Shown piece by piece: positions 12,269 to 22,338 of a stretch of 64,000 bases of DNA. The stretch is from positions 1,152,001-1,216,000 of the forward strand of contig CAWIIB010000009.1 of assembly GCA_963836075.1 (NCBI GenBank), in the 5' to 3' direction. The stretch is from an uncultured Acidobacteriota bacterium. GTDB lineage: Bacteria; Acidobacteriota; JAQAZP01. How positions within the stretch are numbered: position 1 is the first letter of the stretch; each line of letters starts with the position of its first letter. Position numbers and translations under genes: made by a program. Under the pieces are notes generated by a model. That model did no database searches. It was not told where the DNA came from and was given only the letters and a program-made list of their open reading frames with translations.

Positions 12269-15200
12269 ATGAAGAGGCTTTATTCATTACTGTTGACGTG
12301 TTTGCTGGTGATTGTTCTTCCCGCGGTGCCTGTTGCGGATGCGGCCGGCGAGTACGTCCCCCTGATGCGGGCCGATCATGCTCCGCCGCAGAGCGGGAAG
12401 GCCGATCTTGCGGATGTTCCCTTTGGACCGGAGGGAGAACCACCGGAATCGGGTGCCGGCGAGGTCCGGCAGGAGTTACCGGTTCTGGACCGGGATCTGG
12501 CCGGGAAGCTGGCGGCCATCTCCCCGGTGGAACTGGTGCGGGTGATCATTTTCCTCAACTACCAGCCCCAGGATGTCATCGCCGGCGAGGTGAGGTCCTC
12601 GTACGAGGAGGAACTGCGGGAGATCCGGCAGCGGGCCGCGGCGATCAACGGCACGTACGCCATGAAACGTGATCCCGAGGCCGCCACCGACGCCGCAAAC
12701 TACACCAGTGAGAAATTCGATCTCACCGAGGAGGACCGGGCTGCACTGCGGGCGGTGAACGAGGATCACGAAGCCCTGTCGACGGTGATCTCCAGTGAGA
12801 TCGCTGTACGGCTGGCGGCGGAGGTTCAGCCCTCACAGGACATGATTCGAAAAGCAATCGCCCGCCTCGGCGGAAAGGTGGATTTCAGCACCGTCTGCGT
12901 CAACGCCCTGGTGGCCCTGGTGCCTGCCGGGGCGCTGGAGCGTTTGGCCGAAACCGACGGGGTGGCCCGCCTGGTTCGGGACCGCCGGATATCGGGCCAC
13001 CTGACCAACGCCGACAATGCGGTATTGATCCACGAAACACCCCAGGACGGCTTGTGGGATGTTGGCTACACCGGCGGCATCTACGACCCGGCCATCCTCG
13101 ATTCCGGGACCGACCTGACCCACCCCGGGTTGGAGGACGCCACCGGCCGGACCAATTTCTGGTCCTGGTATCTGACAGCCGGTTATTACGATCCCTGGTG
13201 GAACGACGAGATCACCATCGACGACCTGACCGGGCACGGGACCCACGTCATGGGCATCGTCGGCAGTTACGGGACATCCATCTACCCGGGCCACCTGGGC
13301 ATGGCCTACGGTGTGGAGAAGGCGGTGACCCTCAAGGCCGGCTGGCGCGGCCTGGACGGCCTTGGCTACATGTACTGGTCCGACGCCATGAATCTCGTGG
13401 ACCGGGCGCTGTACGATTCCGGTGCGCTGAACCCGGCCGGAACCTTTTCCGACGATGTTGATGGATTGAACCTCAGTTACGGCGGGGATATCCCCGACGA
13501 CGAGGATGATTTCAGCCGGTTCTTCGATTCCATCATCTCCTCCTACCCCGACCTTCCGGTGACTCTCAGCGCAGGCAACTCGGGCCCGGTCAACCCTGAT
13601 TTCAACAGTCCTGCCTGTGCCTACAACACCATCACCGTGGCCAATGTCGAGGATGTGAACACACCCGACCGGGATGATGATTTCATCCGCGATTCGAGCA
13701 CCCGCGGCCCCACCAACGGTGGCCGGCGCAAGCCGGACATCGCCGCCCCGGGCACCGACATCAACTCCTGCAACACGGCCTGGGAAACGGAGCTGGATTA
13801 CATCGACAAGTCGGGGACCAGCATGTCGGCGCCCATGGTGCTGGGCGTCATCATGGACCTGATGGATGCGGGCCTCTACGACGAAAAGGCGATCAAGGCA
13901 CTGCTGATCAACACGGCCCAGAAGAACGAGGGGCTGATCAACTTCGAGAACGATTCCGACGGGTGGAGCACGGCTTACGGCTGGGGCTACCTCAACGCCT
14001 GGGCTGCGTACTACCACCGCGGTGACGTGTTCGAGGACAGCGTCACCGAGCGTCCCACCACCGGGTATTACCGCCTGTACAAAGGCGAGATGCGTGACGA
14101 GACCTCCGCAGGCGAGGGCCGCGACCGGGTGACCCTGGTCTGGAACCGGCACGCCACCTACAACCCGCACGACTACCCCACCACCTACTACAGTCTGAGC
14201 GACCTCAACCTGCGGCTCTACCGGGAGTCGGACGAAACCCTGATCGACTCCGATCTGGGCAGCGCGGACAACGTGCACCAGGTCCGTGTCGATGCCGGCA
14301 CTGAGGCCCCCGTAGAAGTGGTGGTCAAGGCCTATGCCTGGTCCACCGATTTCAACCACGGTGGGGACACCGAGTACTTTGCCCTGGCCACCGAGGAGGG
14401 CTTTGTGGAGGTGGATCTGCCCACTGATTTTGCGGCCCTCGGCTCCTATCCCTTCTCGGTGGAACCGAACGAGGAGTTCCAGTTTTCAATCCATTTCACC
14501 AACAACAGCGAGATCGCGGCCCACAACTGCTCGATCGATCTGAACCTGCCCGCCGGCTGGACCCTCCTTTCCGGTTCCGACCCCTATGACCTGGGCTCCA
14601 TTGCCGGGGGCGGCGGCCAGTCCGCCGACGCGGTCTTCACCGTGAGAGCACAGTCGTGGGAGGAAGCCGGCGTGCACCTCGACCTCTCCTTCTCCCACGA
14701 CTCCTACGCTGAAGCCTGGAGCTCGGCGTGGTATATCCCGATCACCGTCGATCTCGATTCCACGCCGCCCGCGCCCGATCCCATGGCCTGGCTGGTCTCC
14801 CCGGCCGCCCTGGGGGTCAACCAGATCGCCATGACTTCCGTCACGGCCTACGATACGCACCAGCCGGTGGAGTACCTACTTCGACTACTACAACAGCCCC
14901 ACCGGCGGCACCGGCGGCAGCAACTCCGGCTGGCAGCCCGGCACGTATTTCGTCGACAGCGTGCTGCAGATCAACAACCAGTACGGTTACCGGGTCAAGG
15001 CCCGGGACGACGCCCTGACCCCCAATGAAACCGGGTACTCCCCGCTGGTCTACGCCTACACCTTTGCTGCTGTGCCGGGCACGCCGTCCGCGGGCAACCC
15101 CTCCACGTCGACGCTCGACGTGACCATCGCGGCCAACGGCAACCCGTCGTGGACCGAGTGTGCGATCTATCTCTCCGGTGACGGCGGGAGTACCCAGGTA

Positions 15201-15762
15201 CTATCTCAATGCTTCGGGTGGTTCAAACGGGGGAACGCCCTTCTATCAGCCGATCAGCGCCTGGGGCACGGTGACCGCCACCGGTCTCAACCCGGGGACC
15301 ACCTACGCCTTCCGGGTGCGTGCCCGCAACGGTGACGGTCTCATCACCGACTGGTCGCCCTGGGGCTACGGTACCACCGGCAGCCTGGCCACCGACACCA
15401 TCCAGGCCACGATCAGCGCGTCCCCCACGTCGGGGGTGGTGCCCTTCAGCACCCAGTTCACCGCCGAGCTGACCAACCTGCTGGCCACCGAGCAGCGCCG
15501 GGTCTACGGCCGGATCGACGTGATCAGCGGCAGCGGGGCCTCATATGGCAACTGGCGCTCCGGGTGGACCAACCTCAGCGGCGGGGAGGTCTATACCGCG
15601 GTCTGGTCCCAGGGCATACCGGCCCTGTCCTCGCTGCTGGGTGACAACCTGTTCACCGTTCATGGCGTCGATGTGACACCGGCTCCATACAACCAGCCGC
15701 CGTACTCACCGTCCGGCGATACGGACAGCGACAGCGTAATCGTAACCGCCATGGCCCCCTGA
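12269..15762 (+). CDS. Secreted S8 subtilisin-like peptidase with Ig/FN3-like domains and the PYNQPPY C-terminal domain (frameshifts near 14875 and 15195)
   Basis: GGAGG RBS and signal peptide MKRLYSLLLTCLLVIVL. Catalytic triad ILDSGTD, HGTHVMG, SGTSMSAP plus SAGNSG and KPDIAAPG. FN3-like YGYRVKARD and YAFRVRARN. ORF pieces 12068-15028, 14961-15335 and 15160-15762 join. Confidence 0.9.
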
Positions 15763-15782
15763 ACCCGGGGTGCTGGTAACTT

Positions 15783-15815
15783 CCCTCCGGGCCGCCAGGG
15801 CCCGGGGGGCTTTTT
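15783..15815 (+). terminator. Intrinsic terminator
   Basis: Stem CCCTCCGGGCC/GGCCCGGGGGG followed by CTTTTT. Confidence 0.7.
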
Positions 15816-15869
15816 AATGTACGGTTATGTCGGGCAGCGGGGGATGGTTTTCGAAGGAGGTGGGCGGGT

Positions 15870-16625
15870 TTACTCTGCCGGCGCGATGTTGACCTGCACC
15901 TGCTCCAGGAGTGTCTCTCCATCAGCGGCGGCAAACCGGACGGTGAATGTGCCCGGTTCCGCGAAGCGGAGCACGGTGCGCAGGTTGTAGTCCTCGAGCA
16001 CGGTGGTTTCACCGTTGAGCATCACGTTGCCCTCGCTGTCCAGCAGCGTGTAGGTCACCGGCGTGCCGGGCCCGTACTCCAGGCCTTCCAGAAAGACCTC
16101 GATCAGTACCACGCCACCCGGGGCGATGGTGGCCGGGACGGCCCCGGGCTCACCCGAACGGAGAGCCGACTGGTCGATGATGATGCTGTTCACCGGCAGG
16201 ATTCCGGTCGGCTGCGCCGGCTCGGGGGCGCTGCGCGGTATCAGCATGACGCCTGCGAGCAACGCCGCCGCGGCGGCAGGGACGTAGAGCGGCATGCGCA
16301 GGGTCAGCAGCCGGGAGATGTAGTCCCGCAGGCGGGACGGTGGCGATTCGGACCGCAGGCCGAGCCGTGCGGCAATCTCTTCTTCCAGGCGGGTCTCCTC
16401 GACAGGTTCCAGCTCGGGGCCCCCGGCCCCGGTGTCGATCCGCTTCACCAGTTCGATGCACTCGGCGCAGTCGTTGAGATGGAAATCCACGGCGAAGGCC
16501 CGCTCCTCGGGGAGCGCACCCTCCTGGAACCGGCGGATTTCTTTGGCCGTGGGGCAGGCCGGCAGCGCGTCACGCGCTTCGGCATAGGCCCGTTGCAGGT
16601 CATCCATCTGCTCTGGTTTGTTCAT
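15870..16625 (-). CDS. Zinc-finger (zf-HC2/ZAS) transmembrane anti-sigma factor
   Basis: CP...HLNDCAEC motif, a single TM (VPAAAALLAGVMLI) and a beta-rich extracytoplasmic C-terminus. Lies directly downstream of an ECF sigma. Confidence 0.85.
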   Translation of the reverse strand: MNKPEQMDDLQRAYAEARDALPACPTAKEIRRFQEGALPEERAFAVDFHLNDCAECIELVKRIDTGAGGPELEPVEETRLEEEIAARLGLRSESPPSRLRDYISRLLTLRMPLYVPAAAAALLAGVMLIPRSAPEPAQPTGILPVNSIIIDQSALRSGEPGAVPATIAPGGVVLIEVFLEGLEYGPGTPVTYTLLDSEGNVMLNGETTVLEDYNLRTVLRFAEPGTFTVRFAAADGETLLEQVQVNIAPAE

Positions 16626-16655
16626 TTCACCTTGCCTCCCGGGACGGCGATCGGT

Positions 16656-17210
16656 TCACCCTCTCCGTCTGCGGAACAGGGTCTTCATCTGCGCCGCGGA
16701 GTAGCCGTAGCGGGCCACCAGTATCCGCTCCAGCAACTTGCGCGATCTGACCAGGCTGCGCTGCAGCGTGTAAATATTCATCTTCAGCCTCTCCGCGATC
16801 TCGCTGTCCGAGCAGCCCTCGAAGTAGGCCATCTCGAACACCCGCTGCTGACCCTCGGGCAGCGGCAGCCTCTTCCGGCTCAGCCGCTCCCTGATCAGGT
16901 CGTCCTCCTGGCGTGCTTCGGTGGCCAGGGGAACCTCGGTCTCCGAGTCCAGGTCCTTGTATTTCCACCTGATCTCGGCGCGCACGTAGTCCACCAGCAG
17001 GTTGTGAAACGAGGCGTAGAGGAATTTTTCGGCCTCGTCCTCACTGCCGAACCGGCGCTCCTCCTCCAGCATCCGCACGAAGAGGTGCTGCACCAGGTCG
17101 GCGGCCCGGTTCTTCTCCCGCAGCGAGCGGTGGGCCCGGCGGAGAAGGATCCGGAAATGCCCGTCATAGAGCCGGGCCACAACTGCCTTCCACTGGGTTG
17201 AACGTTTCAT
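16656..17210 (-). CDS. ECF RNA polymerase sigma factor
   Basis: Region 2 AADLVQHLFVRM...FLYASFHNLLVDYVR; region 4 LPEGQQRVFEMAYFEGCSDSEIAERL. Confidence 0.88.
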   Translation of the reverse strand: MKRSTQWKAVVARLYDGHFRILLRRAHRSLREKNRAADLVQHLFVRMLEEERRFGSEDEAEKFLYASFHNLLVDYVRAEIRWKYKDLDSETEVPLATEARQEDDLIRERLSRKRLPLPEGQQRVFEMAYFEGCSDSEIAERLKMNIYTLQRSLVRSRKLLERILVARYGYSAAQMKTLFRRRRG

Positions 17211-17478
17211 GCGCCGCTACTTGTATGTTTATTCACGTTCTTCCGTCCAATTCGGTATTCCCCAAGTATATCAGAGACCATCATCTGAGCCGTCCGCCAC
17301 GAAGCGCCAGGTCACTGAATAAAAGTCCAAGTTAGCCCCTCCCGGACGTTCAACCGGATATGAACCGCTCCGCGGGCCGCAAGGCCTCCGGGCGGCTGCC
17401 GCCGGCGGCCACCCGGGCTACAGCTTCCCGGGGGAGCTTCCATTGAGCCGTTTGAGCACCGCAAGGAGATGTGCACCC

Positions 17479-20400
17479 ATGCGAAACACACCGACTCCGC
17501 TCCCCGCAATCTTCATCATCATGATTCTGCTCTTCCCCATCCCGGCCCTGGTCCATGCAGGGCCGGTGATGTCATCTCCGCCGGCGGCAGCGATGCCAGC
17601 CCAGAGCGCCGGCCCCATCGTCTCTCCTCAGGCTGAGATGAAAAGGGGTACGGGTGTGCCGGCCTCGCAATACCTGGAATCGCTGAACCCGCGGCGGCGG
17701 GAGAACGCCGTCATCGAAATCGAGCTGTCGGGTGCGGCTCTGGAAGGGCAGGAGGATCTCGCCGTTCAGGCCCGGGACCAGTGGGCTGCCGGTGGTCACC
17801 GTGAGGCCATCGACCTGCTGCGCAAGCTGGAGAGCAGCGGCGCGGCACCCGCCGTGGGAATTACGTGGCGCTCGCCCCTGCCCGGCGGCGGCGACCGGGC
17901 CTCGGACTCCCGGGTGGGCGACCCCCGGGAGGGGGCGTACAGGATGGCCCTCGACTACCACGACAGCGCCGACCGGCTATTCGTGCTGCTGCTCTGGGAC
18001 ACCGGCTGGACGGTGAACATCTCCCACAACGGCGGCGACTCCTGGTCGGAGACCTATTCGTGGTACAGCGCCAACGGCTGTTTCGACGTGGACGGCGTGG
18101 TGGCCGACGACTACTTCTACGTCGGCTACGTGCCCTACGACACCCAGAACTGGGGCAACCTGCGCCGCTTCAACGAGGCCGACGGCAGCCTGGACAGCAC
18201 CTACGGCTACGACACCGTGGTCAGCGTCTCGCCGAACACCATCCGCGACGTGGCCCTGGCCTCCAACGCTTCGGGCTACGACGACGACCTCTACTACGTG
18301 GCCGCGCTCAACATCGGCGAGGTGGAGTTCGTGGTCGGGGATTCGGACACCGGCGACAACTGGCTCAACGTCGAGACCTACATGACCGACTACGTCGGCG
18401 GCCTCGACGCCTGCGTCAACGCCCACCCTTACTATGACAACCCGATGTTCTCCTATATCTCCAGCGAGGGCAAGGTGAAGATCATGAAGTGGGATTCCTA
18501 CTGGTTCGAGCTGGTGGTGGAGCACTACTACTCGGGCTACATCCTCCGTCCGCGAACCGCGGTGTCCGCTTACGAAAACACAACCATCTGCGCCTACGGC
18601 CACGCTTTCGACAACGGTTACGGTGTCCGCTACGGAGCGAACCTCGACGACGGCTTCACCTTCCAGCGGGCGGCGCTCTCCGAACCGGCGGTGGGGGAGC
18701 ACGACAGCTGGCTGGCCGACGTCAGCGTACGCGACTTCGCCGGCGTGGGTGCGGTTTACCTCAAGGAGACCGGCGGCGGGAGCGCCGACGTCTGGTTCCG
18801 CTGCCTCCCCGGCATCAGCGTGCCGCCGGCGGGCTACGGGGAGTGGGAGGACCCGGTGCGGGTCAACGAGCACGACTCCGACCCCACCGAGCGGCCTGTG
18901 ATCAGCTGGATCCCGCCCACCCCGGTGGGCGACCCCGACGCCTGGGCCTTCGGCATCCTCTACCTCACCGATGACCTGGACGCCGTCCCGTATTTCGACC
19001 GCAAGGACGGCCTGCCGGAGAACGGCGGTGACTGCAGCGACCCGATCGCCTTCACCAGCAGCTCCCTGCCGTTCAGCGACACCAACAGCACCCTGGGCCA
19101 GGGGGACGACTACTTCGACACCTGCATGGGCTCCTACGATGGGGGCCAGGACGTCATCTACAAGCTGACGATGTACAGCGGGCAGTGGGTCAAGGTCACC
19201 CTCGATGCGGCCACCGGCTGGGCCGGGGTGGCCGTCTTCGACGGCTGCCCCGGGGATGCCGGCACCAGCTGCATCGCCCAGGCGACCTCCAGCGCCAACC
19301 CCGACGTGATCGACAAACTGTGGCTCGACGCCGGCACTTACTGGATCATGGTCGACAGCTGGCCGCCGCCGGAAACTTTCAGTTACACCCTCACCGTGGA
19401 GCCGGATCCGCCGGGAAGCGACTGCACCGACCCGATCGCGATCGACCTGCCGGCCCAGCTGCCTTTCCGCGACGCCTATTCCACCTGCGGCCACGGCAAC
19501 GACTATGACGCCACCTGCATGGGCACCTACGACGGCGGCGAGGAGATCATCTTCGAACTCGACGTGGCCGCCAGTATGTGCGTCGACCTGAGCATAGACT
19601 CTTACGACGGCTACACCGGTTTCGCCGTCTTCGAAAGCTGCCCGGCCGACGACCCGGAGTCCTGTATCGCCGTGGCGGGCAGCTCGTCGGACGTAAACGT
19701 CATCGCCGGGCTCCAGCTCGACCCCGGCACCTACTGGGTCATGGTCGACAGCTGGCCCACCCCGACGTGCCACCAGTTCCTGCTCGAGATCCTGGCGTGT
19801 TGCGACGTAGCCTGTCCGCCCGGGGCCACCGACGAAGGCGAGCCCTGCGGCGAGGAGCTGAACGACGGCTGCCTGATCGACGTGCCGGCGTTTCGTCCGG
19901 TGGCCAACGGCGAGACGGTCTGCGGGACGCTCACCGCCAGCGACGGGTACTACGGCACCGACTGGCTGCAGGTGGAGCTCGACGAAACGGCCTCGGTGAC
20001 CCTCGACCTGGAGAGCGAATGGCCGGTGATCGTCGGGCTGGCTGAACTCGAACCGCCCGGGTCGGGCGACTGCGCCGACTGGACCGGCTACGTCGACCCA
20101 TGGGACGTCGTGTGGCCCTGCTCGCCGGAAAGCATGACCTTCGACGCCCTGTCCGCGGGTACCCACTGGTTGCTGGTCTACCCGTATTTCACCCACGGCA
20201 ACGAGTGCGGTTTCCGCAACACTTACGCCGCCACCGTCTCCTGGCCCACGTCGGCACCGACGGTGGACGCGTCGTTCACCTGCGCCCCGGACAGCGGCAT
20301 CGTGCCGTTCCAGACCCTGATGACGGTGGCGCTGGACAACCTCTACCCGCTGCAGATCCGGCGGGTGGCTGGCCGCATCGACATCGAGCTGGCCAACGGC

Positions 20401-20625
20401 AGCAGCTACCCCAACTGGCGGGCGGGCTACACCAACATCCAGCCGGGTGAGACGTTCACCACCAGCTGGGTGCAGAACATCCCGGCGCTGGGCAGCGTGG
20501 TCGGGAACAACACCTTCGGCCTGCTTGCCGAAGACGTCACCCCGCCGCCGTACAACCAGCCGCCGTACGCGCCTTCGGGCGACACGGCCACCGATGTCTG
20601 CACGGTGACGGCTGTTGCTCCCTGA
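17479..20625 (+). CDS. Large secreted protein: BNR-like propeller, Cys-containing PPC-like repeats, PYNQPPY C-terminal domain
   Basis: AAGGAG RBS, signal peptide and SHNGGDSW Asp-box. Two repeats G.DC.DPI...LPF.D..ST.G.G.DY..TCMG.YDGG...GTYW.MVDSWP. Shared 122-aa CTD at 20257-20625. Confidence 0.85.
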   Translation: MRNTPTPLPAIFIIMILLFPIPALVHAGPVMSSPPAAAMPAQSAGPIVSPQAEMKRGTGVPASQYLESLNPRRRENAVIEIELSGAALEGQEDLAVQARDQWAAGGHREAIDLLRKLESSGAAPAVGITWRSPLPGGGDRASDSRVGDPREGAYRMALDYHDSADRLFVLLLWDTGWTVNISHNGGDSWSETYSWYSANGCFDVDGVVADDYFYVGYVPYDTQNWGNLRRFNEADGSLDSTYGYDTVVSVSPNTIRDVALASNASGYDDDLYYVAALNIGEVEFVVGDSDTGDNWLNVETYMTDYVGGLDACVNAHPYYDNPMFSYISSEGKVKIMKWDSYWFELVVEHYYSGYILRPRTAVSAYENTTICAYGHAFDNGYGVRYGANLDDGFTFQRAALSEPAVGEHDSWLADVSVRDFAGVGAVYLKETGGGSADVWFRCLPGISVPPAGYGEWEDPVRVNEHDSDPTERPVISWIPPTPVGDPDAWAFGILYLTDDLDAVPYFDRKDGLPENGGDCSDPIAFTSSSLPFSDTNSTLGQGDDYFDTCMGSYDGGQDVIYKLTMYSGQWVKVTLDAATGWAGVAVFDGCPGDAGTSCIAQATSSANPDVIDKLWLDAGTYWIMVDSWPPPETFSYTLTVEPDPPGSDCTDPIAIDLPAQLPFRDAYSTCGHGNDYDATCMGTYDGGEEIIFELDVAASMCVDLSIDSYDGYTGFAVFESCPADDPESCIAVAGSSSDVNVIAGLQLDPGTYWVMVDSWPTPTCHQFLLEILACCDVACPPGATDEGEPCGEELNDGCLIDVPAFRPVANGETVCGTLTASDGYYGTDWLQVELDETASVTLDLESEWPVIVGLAELEPPGSGDCADWTGYVDPWDVVWPCSPESMTFDALSAGTHWLLVYPYFTHGNECGFRNTYAATVSWPTSAPTVDASFTCAPDSGIVPFQTLMTVALDNLYPLQIRRVAGRIDIELANGSSYPNWRAGYTNIQPGETFTTSWVQNIPALGSVVGNNTFGLLAEDVTPPPYNQPPYAPSGDTATDVCTVTAVAP

Positions 20626-20743
20626 GCCCTGGAACATGGAACCGCCCTCCCACGCCAGCTGAGCGGGGAGGGCGATTCCACCGGGCCGTTCTTCCAGGAA
20701 CCGACTTACTAGTTGACGGATTGTTTCACGGACGATAATAAAG

Positions 20744-20779
20744 TTGACAATTTATCATAAGCGGCTTATGTTATAAACA
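20744..20779 (+). promoter_or_regulatory. Sigma70 promoter (probably leaderless) with an overlapping palindromic operator
   Basis: TTGACA 20744-20749, 17 nt, TATGTT 20767-20772, then 6 nt to the ATG at 20779 with no RBS. The palindrome CATAAG-CGG-CTTATG overlaps the -10 box. Confidence 0.7.
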
Positions 20780-21072
20780 TGAATGAAATCAATAAAAATC
20801 TGCGCTCCTATCTCGCTGAAATCGGTCGCCGGGGCGGACGGAAGAGCCGCAGGTCGCTGGGAAGCAGGGAGGCACGGAGAATGGTGTTGATCCGTGAAGC
20901 CCGCAGGGCCTACCGGGAGTTCCATTCCCGCTGCTTCTGGAGCAGCCCCCCTGACTACCGGCCCGGAACTCGCGACGTGGAGTGGATTGCCGCGCAACTG
21001 CGAAAATACGGAGGCGCGGCCGGCTGGGAAAGGGCACGAAAACTGCTATGCCGCTCACCGGAATCCAGATAG
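20779..21072 (+). CDS. Small basic protein, putative antitoxin/DNA-binding partner of the downstream nucleotidyltransferase
   Basis: 97 aa, Arg-rich, with YLAEIGRRGG and a CFWS...DVEWIAAQLRKYGG segment. Overlaps the next gene. Confidence 0.6.
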   Translation: MNEINKNLRSYLAEIGRRGGRKSRRSLGSREARRMVLIREARRAYREFHSRCFWSSPPDYRPGTRDVEWIAAQLRKYGGAAGWERARKLLCRSPESR

Positions 21073-21905
21073 ACATCCTGGCGCTGCTCGCCGGAAACCG
21101 GAGCGAGGAGAGCCATCTCGCCGGTGCCGCGGCGATTCACATGGCAAGTGCGTCTCCGCGGAGAAGCGGTGATCTCGATCTGTTTCATGATCGAGAGGAA
21201 GCGGTGGCGGCTGCCTTCGGTGCCGACAGCCGGGTTCTTGAAGAACGCGGGTTCGAGGTGCGGACCCAACTGTCCCAGCCCGGGTTCATCAGGGCGCTGG
21301 TCCAGGTTCCCGGAGGAAGCAGCCTGCGTGTGGACTGGGCTCATGATTCCATGTGGCGCTTTCTCCCGCCGGTGAAGCTGCGGGACGCCGGTTATGTTCT
21401 ACATCCCGTCGACCTGGCGGTGAACAAGGTTCTCGCGCTGGCCGGCCGGGACGAGCCAAGGGATTTTGTGGACATCATCTATCTTCACCGCCGGGTGCTG
21501 TCACTGGGTGCGCTCTGCTGGGCCGCCTGCGGTAAAGATCACGGATTGAACCCGGAGATGCTGCTCGATCTGCTGGCGCGGAAAGGCCGGCTGCACCAGG
21601 AAGACCTTGACCGGCTCGACCTCACCGCTCCTTTCCGCCTGTTGGAAGAAATCCCCGCCTACCGCAAGGCCCTGGCGGAAGGAGGGGAGTGGATCCGGAG
21701 TCGGCCCCCGGAGGAGATGGGCTGCATGTATCGCAAGCCGGGGGAGGGGATATTCTTCACACCGCAACCCGGGAACGAGTATGAAGTCCACCGGGGCGCT
21801 CCAGGCGGTGTCCTGCCTGTTTTCGCCGACCGGAAATCGTTATACGATAATCCAGCCGAACGAGAGCAGCTTGAATCCTTCTTCGACCGGCCGGTGGAAG
21901 GGTGA
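21048..21905 (+). CDS. AbiEii/AbiGii-like nucleotidyltransferase (putative type IV toxin)
   Basis: HLAGAAAI...RRSGDLDLFHD matches the G..RxSxDLD motif; NKVLALAGRDEPRDFVDI matches the K..A...R...RD..D motif. Confidence 0.75.
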   Translation: MPLTGIQIDILALLAGNRSEESHLAGAAAIHMASASPRRSGDLDLFHDREEAVAAAFGADSRVLEERGFEVRTQLSQPGFIRALVQVPGGSSLRVDWAHDSMWRFLPPVKLRDAGYVLHPVDLAVNKVLALAGRDEPRDFVDIIYLHRRVLSLGALCWAACGKDHGLNPEMLLDLLARKGRLHQEDLDRLDLTAPFRLLEEIPAYRKALAEGGEWIRSRPPEEMGCMYRKPGEGIFFTPQPGNEYEVHRGAPGGVLPVFADRKSLYDNPAEREQLESFFDRPVEG

Positions 21906-21906
21906 G

Positions 21907-22190
21907 CAAAAAAACGGGGCGCCGCTGAACGGCGCCCCTCAATGTGCATCGGACAGGACGTTCTCGCTTATCCCACCGCTTCGCCCACCAGTTCCTCCTC
22001 TTCCTCGAACTCCGGTTCCGTTGCCGGGCCGGAATCCGCTTCCATGGTGTCTCCGGGCTGGTAGCGGCCCTCGAGGATCGCCATGGCCAGCGGGCCCATC
22101 AGCTCGCGCTGGATCACTCTTTTGAGCGGCCGGGCGCCATACTGCGGGTCGAAGCCCTTCTCGGCCAGCAGGTCCAGGGCATCCTTGCTC
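21907..22190 (-). repeat. Displaced, diverged duplicate of the clpB 3' end plus its terminator (partner copy 29690-30009)
   Basis: Encodes [46 protein letters not shown]...[16 protein letters not shown]-stop, nearly identical to the ClpB C-terminus except for a 30-bp in-frame deletion. Followed by the same CAAAAAAACGGGGCG..CGCCCC hairpin. Confidence 0.92.
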
Positions 22191-22338
22191 GGGGCGGTCA
22201 CCGCCTCGTCCTAACCCCGTGGTGAGTTGTGAAGTGCGAGCAGCGTGTGTCTTTTCGGGAAGGGAATACTATTTACAAGCGAAGTCTGAGTGGGACGAAT
22301 GGGAGCCGGCGCGAAGCCCGCGGTTGGTGGTGAGTCAC

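Noticed and set aside
17977-20637. Long antisense ORFs (886 aa here; also 5333-6970, 12833-14359, 30102-31955, 40659-42734, 44308-45981, 46327-48066)
   Set aside because: Shadow frames of high-GC3 genes on the opposite strand, with no recognisable motifs.
21968-22201. 77-aa ORF as an independent small ClpB-like gene
   Set aside because: No RBS, and homology starts abruptly and carries a deletion. Better explained as the displaced clpB end.
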